This document shows, in pieces, positions 53,533 to 62,805 of a stretch of DNA of 64,000 bases (position 1 is its first letter; each line of letters opens with the position of its first letter). A program made the position numbers and the translations under genes. The notes below the pieces were generated by a model. It did no database searches. It was not told the DNA's origin and worked only from the letters and a program-made list of their open reading frames with translations. This DNA comes from Candidatus Deferrimicrobiaceae bacterium. Its GTDB lineage: Bacteria; Methylomirabilota; Methylomirabilia; Rokubacteriales; CSP1-6. Location: assembly GCA_035463855.1 (NCBI GenBank), contig DATHSW010000003.1:1892-65891 (forward strand). The letters run 5' to 3'.

Positions 53533-53550
53533 GTGTCAGCCGACTGACAC
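53533..53550. promoter_or_regulatory. Palindrome GTGTCAG-CCGA-CTGACAC (candidate enhancer-binding-protein site or terminator)
   Basis: 7-bp perfect arms; 13 nt after the amidohydrolase stop and about 75-90 nt upstream of the sigma54-like element. Confidence 0.35.
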
Positions 53551-53622
53551 AGCCCGCTACCCGTCGACCCCCAAGTCTCACATCTTCACGTTGTCCTTCA
53601 GATAGTTAAGCCGCTTCCCTAC

Positions 53623-53638
53623 TGGCAATCCATTTGCA
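53623..53638 (+). promoter_or_regulatory. Candidate sigma54 (-24/-12) promoter TGGCAATCCATTTGCA
   Basis: GG and GC dinucleotides have exact consensus spacing (TGGCA-N6-TTGCA); 52 nt upstream of ATG 53690, which has a strong GAGGAGG RBS. Confidence 0.5.
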
Positions 53639-53689
53639 CACTCCCCGGCTGGTCCGGGCGCGCCCGGATCAACCAAGAGGAGGCAGACA

Positions 53690-54190
53690 ATGGGGGTCAC
53701 CGTCTCGAAGCGTCTGGAGCGGCTGGTCCGCTTCGTCCCGGGAGTCGCGGGCTATCAGGACCGCGAGAATGCCCGAGCCACCGACAAGGAGGTCCGGATG
53801 CGGCTCGTCGGCGAGCTGCGGCGCCTCATCCAGGCCCTCGAGGAAGACAAGGCGCGCATCGCGGCGTCCGGCGATCTCTCCTCGCTGCCGCGTCTCGACC
53901 GCCTCGCAGGGCGCCTCGAGCGTCTGAGTCGTACCGTGGAGTTCGCGGGCCGGGGCTACGCGGGCCTCTTCGATCTCCACACGGTGGACGCCGACACGCT
54001 GGGCCAGCTCTACGCGTTCGACCTCGGGCTCTTCGACGCGCTGAGCGCGGTGCGGGCCAAGGCGGAGGCGGTGCGCGCCGCGCTTTCCGACGCGGAGGCG
54101 CTCAAGACCGCGGCCGAGCACATGCGGGAAGCGCTCGACGACTTCGGCGAGCTCTTCGATCAGCGCCGGCGCATCGTGGCCGCGGACTAG
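53690..54190 (+). CDS. Alpha-helical hypothetical protein (166 aa), first gene of the SPFH cluster
   Basis: Strong RBS; heptad-like charged helical sequence; no domain recognised. Confidence 0.7.
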   Translation: MGVTVSKRLERLVRFVPGVAGYQDRENARATDKEVRMRLVGELRRLIQALEEDKARIAASGDLSSLPRLDRLAGRLERLSRTVEFAGRGYAGLFDLHTVDADTLGQLYAFDLGLFDALSAVRAKAEAVRAALSDAEALKTAAEHMREALDDFGELFDQRRRIVAAD

Positions 54191-54203
54191 GACGGAGGCC
54201 GCC

Positions 54204-55259
54204 ATGTCACCGATCATGATGGAAGTCATCGAGTGGTTCGACCAGAGCGGCACCGGCATCGTCCAGCGCTACCCCGACGCGGGCTCCGGCGACATCAAGA
54301 TGGGCGCCCAGCTCATCGTGCGCGAGAACCAGGCCGCGGTATTCTTCCGTGACGGCCAGGGGCTCGACGTCTTCGGGCCCGGACGCCACACGCTCTCGAC
54401 GCAGAACCTGCCGATCCTCACCCGGCTGCTCTCGCTGCCGTGGGGCTTCAAGAGCCCGTTCCGCGCCGAGGTGTATTTCGTCAACCTGAAGGTCTTCACC
54501 AACATGCGCTGGGGCACCCGGAGCCCGGTGGCCTTCAAGGACAGCCAGCTCGGCCTGATCCGCCTGCGCGCGTTCGGCAGCTTCACGATGCGGGTCAGAG
54601 AGCCACTCCTGCTCGTCAACAGCCTGGTGGGCACCCAGGGCTCCTACACCACGGAGCAGATCGAAGACTATCTTCGGGAAGTCATCGTGGCCCGGCTGAA
54701 CGACTTCCTGGGCGAGACCGTGCAGAGCCTGGTCGAGCTGCCCCGCCAGTACGACGAGATGGCGGTGGCGCTCAAGACCCGCCTCGCCGAGGAGTTCCGC
54801 AAGTACGGCGCCGAGCTGGTGGACTTCTACATCAACCGCATCACCCCGCCCGAGGACGTGGAGCGGATGATCGACGAGCGCTCGAGCATGGGCGCGGTCG
54901 GTGATCTCGACCGCTTCCTCAAGTTCAAGGCGGCCAAGGCCATGGGCGACGCCGCGCAGGGCCAGGGCGGCGGGCCGGACGGCGGGGCCGCCGCCGGCGT
55001 GGGCGTGGGCGTCGGCGCCGGGCTCGGCATCATGATGCCGGGCATGCTCGCGCGGAGCCTCGGCACCGAGCTCGCGGGCGCCCCGGCGGCGACGGTGACC
55101 TGCGCGGGCTGCCAGGCGGCGGTGGCGGCGGACAGCCGGTTCTGCCCGCGCTGCGGCCGCCAGCTCGCCACGGTTGCGCGCTGCACACGCTGCCAGGCCG
55201 AGCTGCCGGCCGGCGCCCGCTTCTGCTCGGCCTGCGGTCAGGCGGTGACCGGCGCCTAG
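54204..55259 (+). CDS. SPFH/Band-7 domain protein with two C-terminal zinc ribbons (YdjI / COG4260-like)
   Basis: IEWFDQSG...[19 protein letters not shown]... is an SPFH body. A Gly/Ala linker follows, then CAGC...CPRC and CTRC...CSAC ribbons. Confidence 0.88.
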   Translation: MSPIMMEVIEWFDQSGTGIVQRYPDAGSGDIKMGAQLIVRENQAAVFFRDGQGLDVFGPGRHTLSTQNLPILTRLLSLPWGFKSPFRAEVYFVNLKVFTNMRWGTRSPVAFKDSQLGLIRLRAFGSFTMRVREPLLLVNSLVGTQGSYTTEQIEDYLREVIVARLNDFLGETVQSLVELPRQYDEMAVALKTRLAEEFRKYGAELVDFYINRITPPEDVERMIDERSSMGAVGDLDRFLKFKAAKAMGDAAQGQGGGPDGGAAAGVGVGVGAGLGIMMPGMLARSLGTELAGAPAATVTCAGCQAAVAADSRFCPRCGRQLATVARCTRCQAELPAGARFCSACGQAVTGA

Positions 55260-55299
55260 CGCCGGTCCGCCGCCCCGCGGATTCTTCGACGGCACCTCC

Positions 55300-56802
55300 G
55301 TGAGCCAGGTCGTCGTCTCGACCGAGTGCCCCTCCTGCGGCGGGCCCCTCGATTTCTCCGAAGGGGCCAACGCCATCCGCTGTCCGAGCTGTGGCTCGGA
55401 TCTGCTCGTCACCGGCCGCAAGCAGGTGCTGAGCTACTGGGTGAAGCCGAAGGTCACGGTGGAGGTGGCGGGCGCGGCCGCACGCACCGGCCGGCTGGAG
55501 GCGCGGGTGGCGCGGGCACGGCTCTTCTTCGTGCCCTTCTACCGGCTGACCGGCCACGACTTCCAGTGGCAGGACGTGCCGCCCAAGCCCGAGCCGGAGA
55601 GCCCGACGTTCCCCGGCCTGGGCGACAGCGTCGGCGGGCGCGAGGCCGACCGCCCCGAGCTCGACATCCCGCTGGGCTCGATGCTCGGCTGGGGGGCCGA
55701 CCTCCTGCTCGGCCGGAAGGCCGGCGACGTCGTGCGCGATCTCCTGGGTGCGCCCCGCAAGGCGGAGCGGCCGCTCGAGCTGGCGGTGCTCACCGCGCCG
55801 CGTCCGGGTCCCGCCCCCAGCACCGCCGATGAGCAGGTGCAGTTCCTCGACCGCTACGTGGAGAAGACCTTCCCGGCCGCCGACCTGCCCGCGCTCGGCG
55901 TGCCCTCGCTCGGCGTGCGGGCCCAGGCCCTACGGGTCTCGCTCTTCGAGCGCTCCGCGCTGGCCGCCCTCGGCACGATCGTCGCGGTGCAGGTCCCGCC
56001 GGACCGGGCGATGACACACGGGCTCGCCGCGCGTGGGTTCCAGCACGTGGTCTACCGCCAGGTGCTCGGGCGCATCCTGAGCGTGATCTATTTCCCGTTC
56101 TGGGTGGTCGAGCTCACGCGCGACGCCGAGCGCTGGCTGACCGTGGTGGACGCGGTGGCCGAGGCCGTCGTGAACCCGCGCGCGCCACTCGATCTCTACG
56201 CGGCCCTCGAACGCGACGCCACCGACGAGCCGCGCACGGTGGGGCTCCGGCCCCTCGTCTGCCCCAACTGCGGTTGGACCCTGCCCATCGCGCCCGACGA
56301 CGTGATCTTCTTCTGCGGCTCCTGTCGCCGCGCCTGGCAGATCCACGGTCCCGAGCTCGCCGACATGCCCCACGAGATCGCCGACATCCGGCCCGAGGCG
56401 CCGGACCCCGGCCCGTCGCGCGATCTGACCTACCTGCCGTTCTGGCAGCTCGAGGTCGCGGGCGAGAGCCCGCGCGCGTGGGCGCCCGCCTTCCGCTACC
56501 GGCGGCTCAAGGCGCTGTACGACCTGGCCGCGCGGCTGACCGCCAAGCCCCCCGGGTACCGGCCGTGGACGGGCGAGCGCCCCGCGCTGCACGGCTGCTT
56601 CTACGATGCGGAGGACGCCGCGCTGCTGGCGCGCTTCGCGGCGGCCGGCCGGCAACGGACCGCTCAAGCGGTCAAGGCGGCCGCGGAGGCGGAGCCCGTG
56701 TTCACCGGTGCCCGCCTCACCTGGCTCCCGTTCCGGCGCGAGTCGCAATCGCTCCTCGATCCCTCCACCGGTCTCGCGCTCCAGGAGACGCTGCTTGGCT
56801 AG
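55300..56802 (+). CDS. Zinc-ribbon protein, 500 aa, unknown function (YdjG-like?)
   Basis: N-terminal CPSCGG...CPSCGS ribbon and an internal CPNCGW...CGSCRR ribbon; GTG start. Confidence 0.75.
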   Translation: MSQVVVSTECPSCGGPLDFSEGANAIRCPSCGSDLLVTGRKQVLSYWVKPKVTVEVAGAAARTGRLEARVARARLFFVPFYRLTGHDFQWQDVPPKPEPESPTFPGLGDSVGGREADRPELDIPLGSMLGWGADLLLGRKAGDVVRDLLGAPRKAERPLELAVLTAPRPGPAPSTADEQVQFLDRYVEKTFPAADLPALGVPSLGVRAQALRVSLFERSALAALGTIVAVQVPPDRAMTHGLAARGFQHVVYRQVLGRILSVIYFPFWVVELTRDAERWLTVVDAVAEAVVNPRAPLDLYAALERDATDEPRTVGLRPLVCPNCGWTLPIAPDDVIFFCGSCRRAWQIHGPELADMPHEIADIRPEAPDPGPSRDLTYLPFWQLEVAGESPRAWAPAFRYRRLKALYDLAARLTAKPPGYRPWTGERPALHGCFYDAEDAALLARFAAAGRQRTAQAVKAAAEAEPVFTGARLTWLPFRRESQSLLDPSTGLALQETLLG

Positions 56803-57277
56803 GCGGCTCGCGCGGACTCGCGGGCTCTGGCGCTCCGCGTCCCTCGCGCGCGTCGTGCTGATCGTCCTGCTCGCGACGGGGGTCTCGGTCGTGAGCTACC
56901 AGGCGCTCCGCTTCGCCGGCTCGTGCGCCACGCTCGACGGCGCCCGCGCGGCGATCGAGGCCCACGTCAAGGGCAAGCAGGTGCGGCGGGTGGCCCGCGT
57001 GCTGAAGGCCGCCGATCGCGAGCTGCTGGCGGCCCGGACCACGGTGCGCGTGACCGCGCTCACGTGCGGGCCGAGCCTGCTGAGCGGCATGACGTGCCGC
57101 GCGCGCTACGTGGTCAACGGCCAGAGCGTGGGACTGGAGGGCGCCGACCACTACTTCCGGATCGGCTACTCCCTGCTGGCGGGCTGGCAGGCGCCGAGCG
57201 TGACGGAGACGTCCGGGCTGCGCTACTCGCTGGCGCCCTGCCGCTGCTCGTGGAGCGCCGGCGGCCGGGAGCCGTGA
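56795..57277 (+). CDS. Membrane-anchored hypothetical protein
   Basis: TTG 56795 with AGGAG 7 nt upstream, overlapping the upstream stop. One N-terminal TM segment (VVLIVLLATGVSVV). Start uncertain. Confidence 0.5.
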   Translation: MARRLARTRGLWRSASLARVVLIVLLATGVSVVSYQALRFAGSCATLDGARAAIEAHVKGKQVRRVARVLKAADRELLAARTTVRVTALTCGPSLLSGMTCRARYVVNGQSVGLEGADHYFRIGYSLLAGWQAPSVTETSGLRYSLAPCRCSWSAGGREP

Positions 57278-57879
57278 TCGCCGGCCGGCCGTACCCGCCG
57301 GTGACCGTGCCCATCGCCTCGGCCCGCGGCCCGCACCCCGAGCTTGCGCGCCCACTCGCCGCTCCCGTTCCGTGACCCCCCATTCCGTGATCCAATAATC
57401 GGGAACACTTCCCGGACGAGCCCCTCGTACTCCTCCACGGTGCGCCGGAAGATGTCGAGCCCGGGGACCAGGTGGAGATCGAGGGTGCTGGGCGGCGCGG
57501 CCGGAGGCAGGACCGAGACGTGGACGGCCTGGAAGCAGGAGCGGCCGGGCTCGGGCCGATCGGTGACCAGGATCTCGTAGAGCTCCGGCCACTGCAGCGT
57601 GACCTCCGGCGAGCGCGCGGCCGTTTCGCGGCGGACGCAGTCCTCGGGGCTGACGCAATACTTCACCTCGATGGCGAGCAGGCGGTAGGAGCGATGGCCC
57701 AGGCTCGGATCGTCCAGCGCCTTCCAGACCACGAACTCGGGCACGCCGTGGCCCGTGCGCATGAGCGCGGAGACCTGCGTCTCGCGGGCGACCCGGGCGA
57801 CCATGTACTGCGCGCGCTTGAAGATGCCCTCGACCAGCGCCTCCGACATCCGGCCCTTCAACCGATAGATGTCGTCCAT
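57223..57879 (-). CDS. Hypothetical protein with PD-(D/E)xK-like core
   Basis: ...GVPEFVVWK...LLAIEVKY... is compatible with a restriction-endonuclease-fold E-x-K motif. The C-terminal ~60 aa are low-complexity and overlap a 15-nt tandem repeat. Confidence 0.5.
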   Translation of the reverse strand: MDDIYRLKGRMSEALVEGIFKRAQYMVARVARETQVSALMRTGHGVPEFVVWKALDDPSLGHRSYRLLAIEVKYCVSPEDCVRRETAARSPEVTLQWPELYEILVTDRPEPGRSCFQAVHVSVLPPAAPPSTLDLHLVPGLDIFRRTVEEYEGLVREVFPIIGSRNGGSRNGSGEWARKLGVRAAGRGDGHGHRRVRPAGDHGSRPPALHEQRQGASE

Positions 57880-57882
57880 GGC

Positions 57883-58302
57883 TCAGCGCTGCGCGTCGGA
57901 GATCTTGGTCGCCAGCGCACGCAACCGCTCCAGCGTCTCGGGGCGCAGCATGGCGGCGAAGCCGGCCGGATCCGTCTTGGCGCGGTCGAGCGCCTCGCTG
58001 AGCCGCCCGGGGTCGCCGCCCGAGCTCCGCGCCAGGTCCGCGAAGACCTCGGCCGCGAGCCCGTAGACCTCCTCGGCGAGCTGCGAGGAGCCCGCCAGGC
58101 CCTGGACCTGTTTGTCTATCGCGGCGGCGGTGGGGTCGGTGGCGAGGATCTGGCCTCGGGCCGCCGGGTCCGCCAGCATGCGGAGGGTCGTGGCGAGGGC
58201 TGCCGCGGCCGCGGGGTCGAGGGTCTGCGCGGGAAGCGGCGGCGCGGGAAGCACGAGCAGGGACAGGGCGAAGAACAGGGCGATCGCGACTCGTTTGATC
58301 AT
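57883..58302 (-). CDS. Secreted hypothetical protein
   Basis: MIKRVAIALFFALSLLVLPAPPLPAQ signal peptide; 139 aa; Ala-rich helical sequence. Confidence 0.6.
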   Translation of the reverse strand: MIKRVAIALFFALSLLVLPAPPLPAQTLDPAAAAALATTLRMLADPAARGQILATDPTAAAIDKQVQGLAGSSQLAEEVYGLAAEVFADLARSSGGDPGRLSEALDRAKTDPAGFAAMLRPETLERLRALATKISDAQR

Positions 58303-58501
58303 GGGCTCGGGGACCAGCAAGAGTCGGACCATGCGCGGCCCTTCAAACCCATCGAGAAAATCCGGAGTTGGCCAAGGGGCCCGGTGCCGCACTGACGGCC
58401 CGTGTCAGGCGGGCGCCCACCGATGGACACGGCTTGACCGCCCGGCCCCGCCGGAGAATAATCGCCGGGCACTTCCATTCCCAGCGCGCGAGGAGAGCCC
58501 G

Positions 58502-58975
58502 ATGGCCACAGCCGCTCATCGAGAAGAGATCTGGGTGCCGGGCATGCCGGAGCCCATCAGCCACTTCGTCCACGTGGTCCGCGCCGGACGGCTCGTCTTC
58601 GTCTCGGGCTGCGTGGCGAGCGACGACCACGGCCGCACGGTGGGGGGCAGCGACATCGTCGCCCAGACCCGCCAGGTCCACGAGAACATCAAGCGGTGCC
58701 TGGCCGCGGCGGGGGCCACCTTCGCCGACGTCTGCAAGGTGACGGTGTACCTCAAGAACATCGCGCACCGGGAAGCGGTCAACACGGTGCGCAAGGAGTA
58801 TTTCGGCGCGAGCCGGCCCGCGAGCACGCTGATCGAGATCTCGCAATTCGTCCGACCGGACCTGCTCATCGAGATCGAGTCGGTGGCGGTCCTGCCCGAG
58901 AAGAGGGGCGGGGCGCCGCGGGGCAAGGCCCGCGCGAGCGCGCCGGCCCGGAAGGTGCGCCGGCGGCGGCGCTGA
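58502..58975 (+). CDS. RidA/YjgF family protein with basic C-terminal tail
   Basis: ...RLVFVSGCVA...DVCKVTVYLK...ASTLIEI...LIEIESVAVLP. Confidence 0.9.
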   Translation: MATAAHREEIWVPGMPEPISHFVHVVRAGRLVFVSGCVASDDHGRTVGGSDIVAQTRQVHENIKRCLAAAGATFADVCKVTVYLKNIAHREAVNTVRKEYFGASRPASTLIEISQFVRPDLLIEIESVAVLPEKRGGAPRGKARASAPARKVRRRRR

Positions 58976-58991
58976 GTCCCGCCGGCGCGGC

Positions 58992-60656
58992 TCAGCCGGT
59001 GCCATCGCGGGCCTGCTCGCGCAGCGCGCGCTTGAGGATCTTGCCGGAGGCGGTCTTGGGCAGGGCGGGCACGAAGCGCACCGTGCGCGGCGCCTTGTAG
59101 ACCGCCATCTGGGCCCGACACCACGCGACGAGGTCGCGCTCGGTGGCGGTAGCCTCCGGCCGCCGCACCACGAAGGCGAGCACGTCCTCGCCGCGGTATG
59201 CGTCGGGCACGCCCACCACGCCGACCTCCGCCACCGCGGGGTGCCGGTACATGATGGCCTCCACCTCCGCCGGGAAGACGCTGTAGCCGGAGGCCTTGAT
59301 CATGTCCTTCTTGCGCTCCTCGATCGTGAAGTAGCCCTCCTCGTCCACCCGGCCGATGTCTCCGGTGCGGAGCCAGCCGTCCGGGATGGCCTCCGCGGTG
59401 GCCTCCGGGCGCCGCCAGTACCCCTTGGTGACCATGGGCCCCCGGATCGTGATCTCCCCGGACTCGCCCGGCGGCAGCTCGGTCATGCCGTCCTCCAGGC
59501 TGACGACGCGCACGCCGGTGAATGGCAGCGGCACCCCGACCGTGCCGTAGCGGGGCCGGTGCGGCGGGTTGGAATGGCTGGGCGCGGTGGTCTCGGTGAG
59601 CCCGTAGCCCTCCACGAGGGGGTGCCCGGTGATGGCCTCCCACCGGCGCGCGATCTCGGCCGGCACCGGGGCGCCCCCCGACGTGCACAGGCGGAGCGAG
59701 GTGAGGTCGGACGCGGGCGTCCTCGGATGGTTCACGATCGCGACGTTGACGGTGGCGATCAGGGTGGTGATCGTGCAGCGGTGCCGCTCGATCGCCTGGA
59801 GCGCGGTCTCCACGTCGAAGCGGTGCAGCGCGACCAGGGTCGCCCCGGTGTAGGCCATCATGTTGAGCTGCACTTCCATCCCGGTGATGTGGAACCACGG
59901 CACCACCCCGAGCAGCACGTCAGCGGGGGTGAAGCCGAAGAAGGCGCGCATCAGCTCGCAGTTCGCGGTGACGTTGCCGTGGGTCAGCTCCGCGCCCTTG
60001 GGCGCCCCGGTCGTGCCGGAGGTGTACTGGATCAGCGCGGTGTCGTGGAGCGCGCGCGGCTCGGGCGATTGCCGCCGGCCCGGCGCGGCCACGATCGCGC
60101 GAAACGCCTCCGCGGCGCCCGCGCGTCCATCCGCGGCCGCGTCCGTCTCCTCGCGCAGGGACGGCGGCAGCGGCAGGGTCGGCCGCTCGGGCAGATAGTC
60201 GCGATACGACACCCACGTCACCATCTCGAGCGGGGTCCGCCCGCGAATGGACTCCACGATCTCGCGGCCCGGGCCGGCGGCGACCAGGACGCGAGCCCCC
60301 GAGTCCTCCAGCTCGTGCTCGAGCTCGATCGCCTTGTGCATCGGATTGAGGGGGACCGTGATGGCGCCGGCCTTGAGCGCGCCGAAGTGGGCGATGGCGA
60401 ACTGGGGACAGTTCTCGAGATACAGGGCGACGCGGTCGCCCGGCCCGATCCCGCGGCCGCGCAGCCAGCCCGCGAAGCGATCGCTCGCCTCGTCGAGCTC
60501 GGCGAAGGAGATCTCGCGCCCATAGAAGATGATGGCGGGCCGGCGCGGGGCGCGGGCCGCGTTGGCCTTGAGGTGGACGGTGAGCGGCTCGCCCGGGAGG
60601 CGGATGCGCGCCTCGTCGAGGCCGGGCGGCCAGTGCGCCTGCCAGATCCGGTCCAT
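58992..60656 (-). CDS. Long-chain fatty acid-CoA ligase (AMP-binding, class I adenylate-forming)
   Basis: IQYTSGTTGAPKGA (A3), GYGLTET (A5), TGDIG (A7) and PKTASGKILKR (A10) motifs. Confidence 0.92.
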   Translation of the reverse strand: MDRIWQAHWPPGLDEARIRLPGEPLTVHLKANAARAPRRPAIIFYGREISFAELDEASDRFAGWLRGRGIGPGDRVALYLENCPQFAIAHFGALKAGAITVPLNPMHKAIELEHELEDSGARVLVAAGPGREIVESIRGRTPLEMVTWVSYRDYLPERPTLPLPPSLREETDAAADGRAGAAEAFRAIVAAPGRRQSPEPRALHDTALIQYTSGTTGAPKGAELTHGNVTANCELMRAFFGFTPADVLLGVVPWFHITGMEVQLNMMAYTGATLVALHRFDVETALQAIERHRCTITTLIATVNVAIVNHPRTPASDLTSLRLCTSGGAPVPAEIARRWEAITGHPLVEGYGLTETTAPSHSNPPHRPRYGTVGVPLPFTGVRVVSLEDGMTELPPGESGEITIRGPMVTKGYWRRPEATAEAIPDGWLRTGDIGRVDEEGYFTIEERKKDMIKASGYSVFPAEVEAIMYRHPAVAEVGVVGVPDAYRGEDVLAFVVRRPEATATERDLVAWCRAQMAVYKAPRTVRFVPALPKTASGKILKRALREQARDGTG

Positions 60657-60718
60657 GATTCGCGAGGAGGTCCCGTGCGAATACTACACCGGCGGGGCCG
60701 GATCGGGAGCCGGGCGCG

Positions 60719-60747
60719 TTGACACCCGCAGGACCGCCCGGTAGCAT
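60719..60747 (+). promoter_or_regulatory. Candidate sigma70 promoter (TTGACA-17 nt-TAGCAT)
   Basis: The -10 hexamer ends 12 nt before ATG 60760, implying a very short leader for the TonB-dependent receptor gene. Confidence 0.35.
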
Positions 60748-60759
60748 CCAGCCCCTACC

Positions 60760-62805
60760 ATGCTGCGCCGGGGCCTCGCCGCAGTGCTTCTGCTGCTCGC
60801 CGCCGCGTCGGCGCGCGCGCAGGACGAGGCCGAGCGGCTCGAGCCGGTGGTGGTCACCGCTACCCGCACCGAACAGCGCCTCGGCGAGACGCCCGCCAGC
60901 GTCACCGTGCTCACGCGCGAGGACATCAGCCGGACCGCGGCGCAGAGCCTCGACGACCTGCTGCGGCAGGTGCCCGGCTTCAGCCTCTTCCGCCGCTCCT
61001 CCAGCCTCGTCTCGCACCCGACCACCCAGGGGGTGTCGTTGCGGGGCATCGGCCCCAGTGGGGCCAGCCGCGCCCTCGTTCTCCTGGACGGCATCCCCAT
61101 CAACGACCCGTTCGGCGGCTGGGTGTACTGGGATCGCGTGCCGCTGCAGAGCGTGGAGCAGGTGGAGGTGGTGCGCGGCGGCGGCGCGAGCGTGTGGGGC
61201 AACTACGCGCTCGGCGGCGTGATCAACATCATCACGCGGCGCCCCACCGAGCGCGCGGCCGCCTTCGAGGGCAGCTACGGCACCAGCGACACGCGCCACG
61301 TGGACCTGCTGCTGACCGAGGCGCTCGGCCCCGTCCGCCTGAGCCTCGAGGGCAGCCACTTCTCCACCGACGGCTACGAGGTGGTGAGCGCCTCGCGGCG
61401 GGGCACCATCGACGTGAACGCGGGCTCCGAGCATCTCACCTTCAACGGGCGGGCGGAGCTGGTGCTCTCGCCCGACCTCACCGTCTTCATGCGCGGCACC
61501 TACTACGAGGAGGACCGGGAGAACGGCACGCCGCTGCAGATCAACACCACCTACTCGGGCTCGTTCGCGACCGGCGTGCGCGCGCGCACCGGCGACGGGA
61601 GCGAGTGGACCGGCACCGTCTTCACCGATTTCCAGGCCTTCCGCAGCACCTTCTCCACCCAGGCCGCCGACCGGAACTCGGAGACCCTGGCCCTCGACCA
61701 GCGGGTGCCCTCCACCGCGGTGGGCGCCGCCTTCTCGTGGAGCCGCGCCTTCGGCGCGCACCGCCTCCTCGCCGGCACCGACTTGCGCTGGATCGACGGG
61801 GAGACGGACGAGCGCGTCTACGTGGCGGGGGCCTTCGCGCGCACCCGGGTCGCGGGCGGCGAGCAGCAGATCTACGGCCTCTTCGTCCAGGACGTCTACC
61901 GGCCCATCCCCATGCTCGAGCTGGTCGCGGGCATCCGCGGGGACTACTGGCGCGCCTACAACGGCTTCCGGCGCGACACGCCGCCTCCCGCCGGGGTCCC
62001 GGCGCGCCAGACGTACTCGGACATCGACCGGCTCGGGGTGAGCCCGCGCGTCGCCGCGGTGGTGCACGCCACTCCCACCACCGACGTGCGCGCATCGGCC
62101 TATCAGGGCTTCCGGGTCCCGACCATCAACGAGCTGTACCGCGTCTTTCGCGTGCGCAACGACGTCACCGCGGCCAACGAGCATCTCAAGCCCGAGCGGC
62201 TGACCGGGGGCGAGATCGGCGTCGAACAGCGCTGGGGGCCGTTCAGCGGGCGCGCCACCGTCTTCTGGAACGAGGTGGAGGACCTGATCGCCAACGTCAC
62301 GCTCACCACGCGGCTGCCCGATTGCCCGGTGGGCACCACCTGCCGGCAGCGACAGAACCTGGATCGCGCGCGCATCCGCGGGGTGGAGACGGAGCTCGAG
62401 CTGCGTCCGGCCCGGGACTGGCGGATCACCGGCGGCTACATCTTCACCGACACGCGGGTGCTGGACGCCCCCCAGCAGCCGACCCTCGAGGGCAAGCGCC
62501 TGGCCCAGGTGCCGCGCCACGGCGCCTCGGTCACCGTGCGCTACGACAACCCCGCGCTCTTCACCGCGGCGGCCACCGTGCGCTTCGTGGGCCGCCAGTT
62601 CGAGGACGACCTCAACACGCTGCCGCTCGGCAGCTACGCGCTCGTGGATCTCTTCCTCTCGCGCCGCCTCGCCCGCTGGGCCGAGATCTTCGCGGGCATC
62701 GAGAACCTGCTCGACACCACCTACCGCACCGGGCGCACCAGCGAGGGCGTGGTCTCCATCGGCGCGCCGTTCCAGGTCCACGGCGGCGTGCGTCTTTCGT
62801 TCTGA
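60760..62805 (+). CDS. TonB-dependent receptor
   Basis: Signal peptide, TonB box-like EPVVVTATR, plug domain motifs (SLRGIGPSG...RALVLLDGIP) and a C-terminal beta-barrel ending in F. Confidence 0.92.
   Translation: MLRRGLAAVLLLLAAASARAQDEAERLEPVVVTATRTEQRLGETPASVTVLTREDISRTAAQSLDDLLRQVPGFSLFRRSSSLVSHPTTQGVSLRGIGPSGASRALVLLDGIPINDPFGGWVYWDRVPLQSVEQVEVVRGGGASVWGNYALGGVINIITRRPTERAAAFEGSYGTSDTRHVDLLLTEALGPVRLSLEGSHFSTDGYEVVSASRRGTIDVNAGSEHLTFNGRAELVLSPDLTVFMRGTYYEEDRENGTPLQINTTYSGSFATGVRARTGDGSEWTGTVFTDFQAFRSTFSTQAADRNSETLALDQRVPSTAVGAAFSWSRAFGAHRLLAGTDLRWIDGETDERVYVAGAFARTRVAGGEQQIYGLFVQDVYRPIPMLELVAGIRGDYWRAYNGFRRDTPPPAGVPARQTYSDIDRLGVSPRVAAVVHATPTTDVRASAYQGFRVPTINELYRVFRVRNDVTAANEHLKPERLTGGEIGVEQRWGPFSGRATVFWNEVEDLIANVTLTTRLPDCPVGTTCRQRQNLDRARIRGVETELELRPARDWRITGGYIFTDTRVLDAPQQPTLEGKRLAQVPRHGASVTVRYDNPALFTAAATVRFVGRQFEDDLNTLPLGSYALVDLFLSRRLARWAEIFAGIENLLDTTYRTGRTSEGVVSIGAPFQVHGGVRLSF

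Noticed and set aside
60657-60759. Cobalamin or other riboswitch upstream of the TonB-dependent receptor
   Set aside because: Only about 100 nt are available, and most of it is occupied by a promoter-like element. No B12-box-like sequence was seen.
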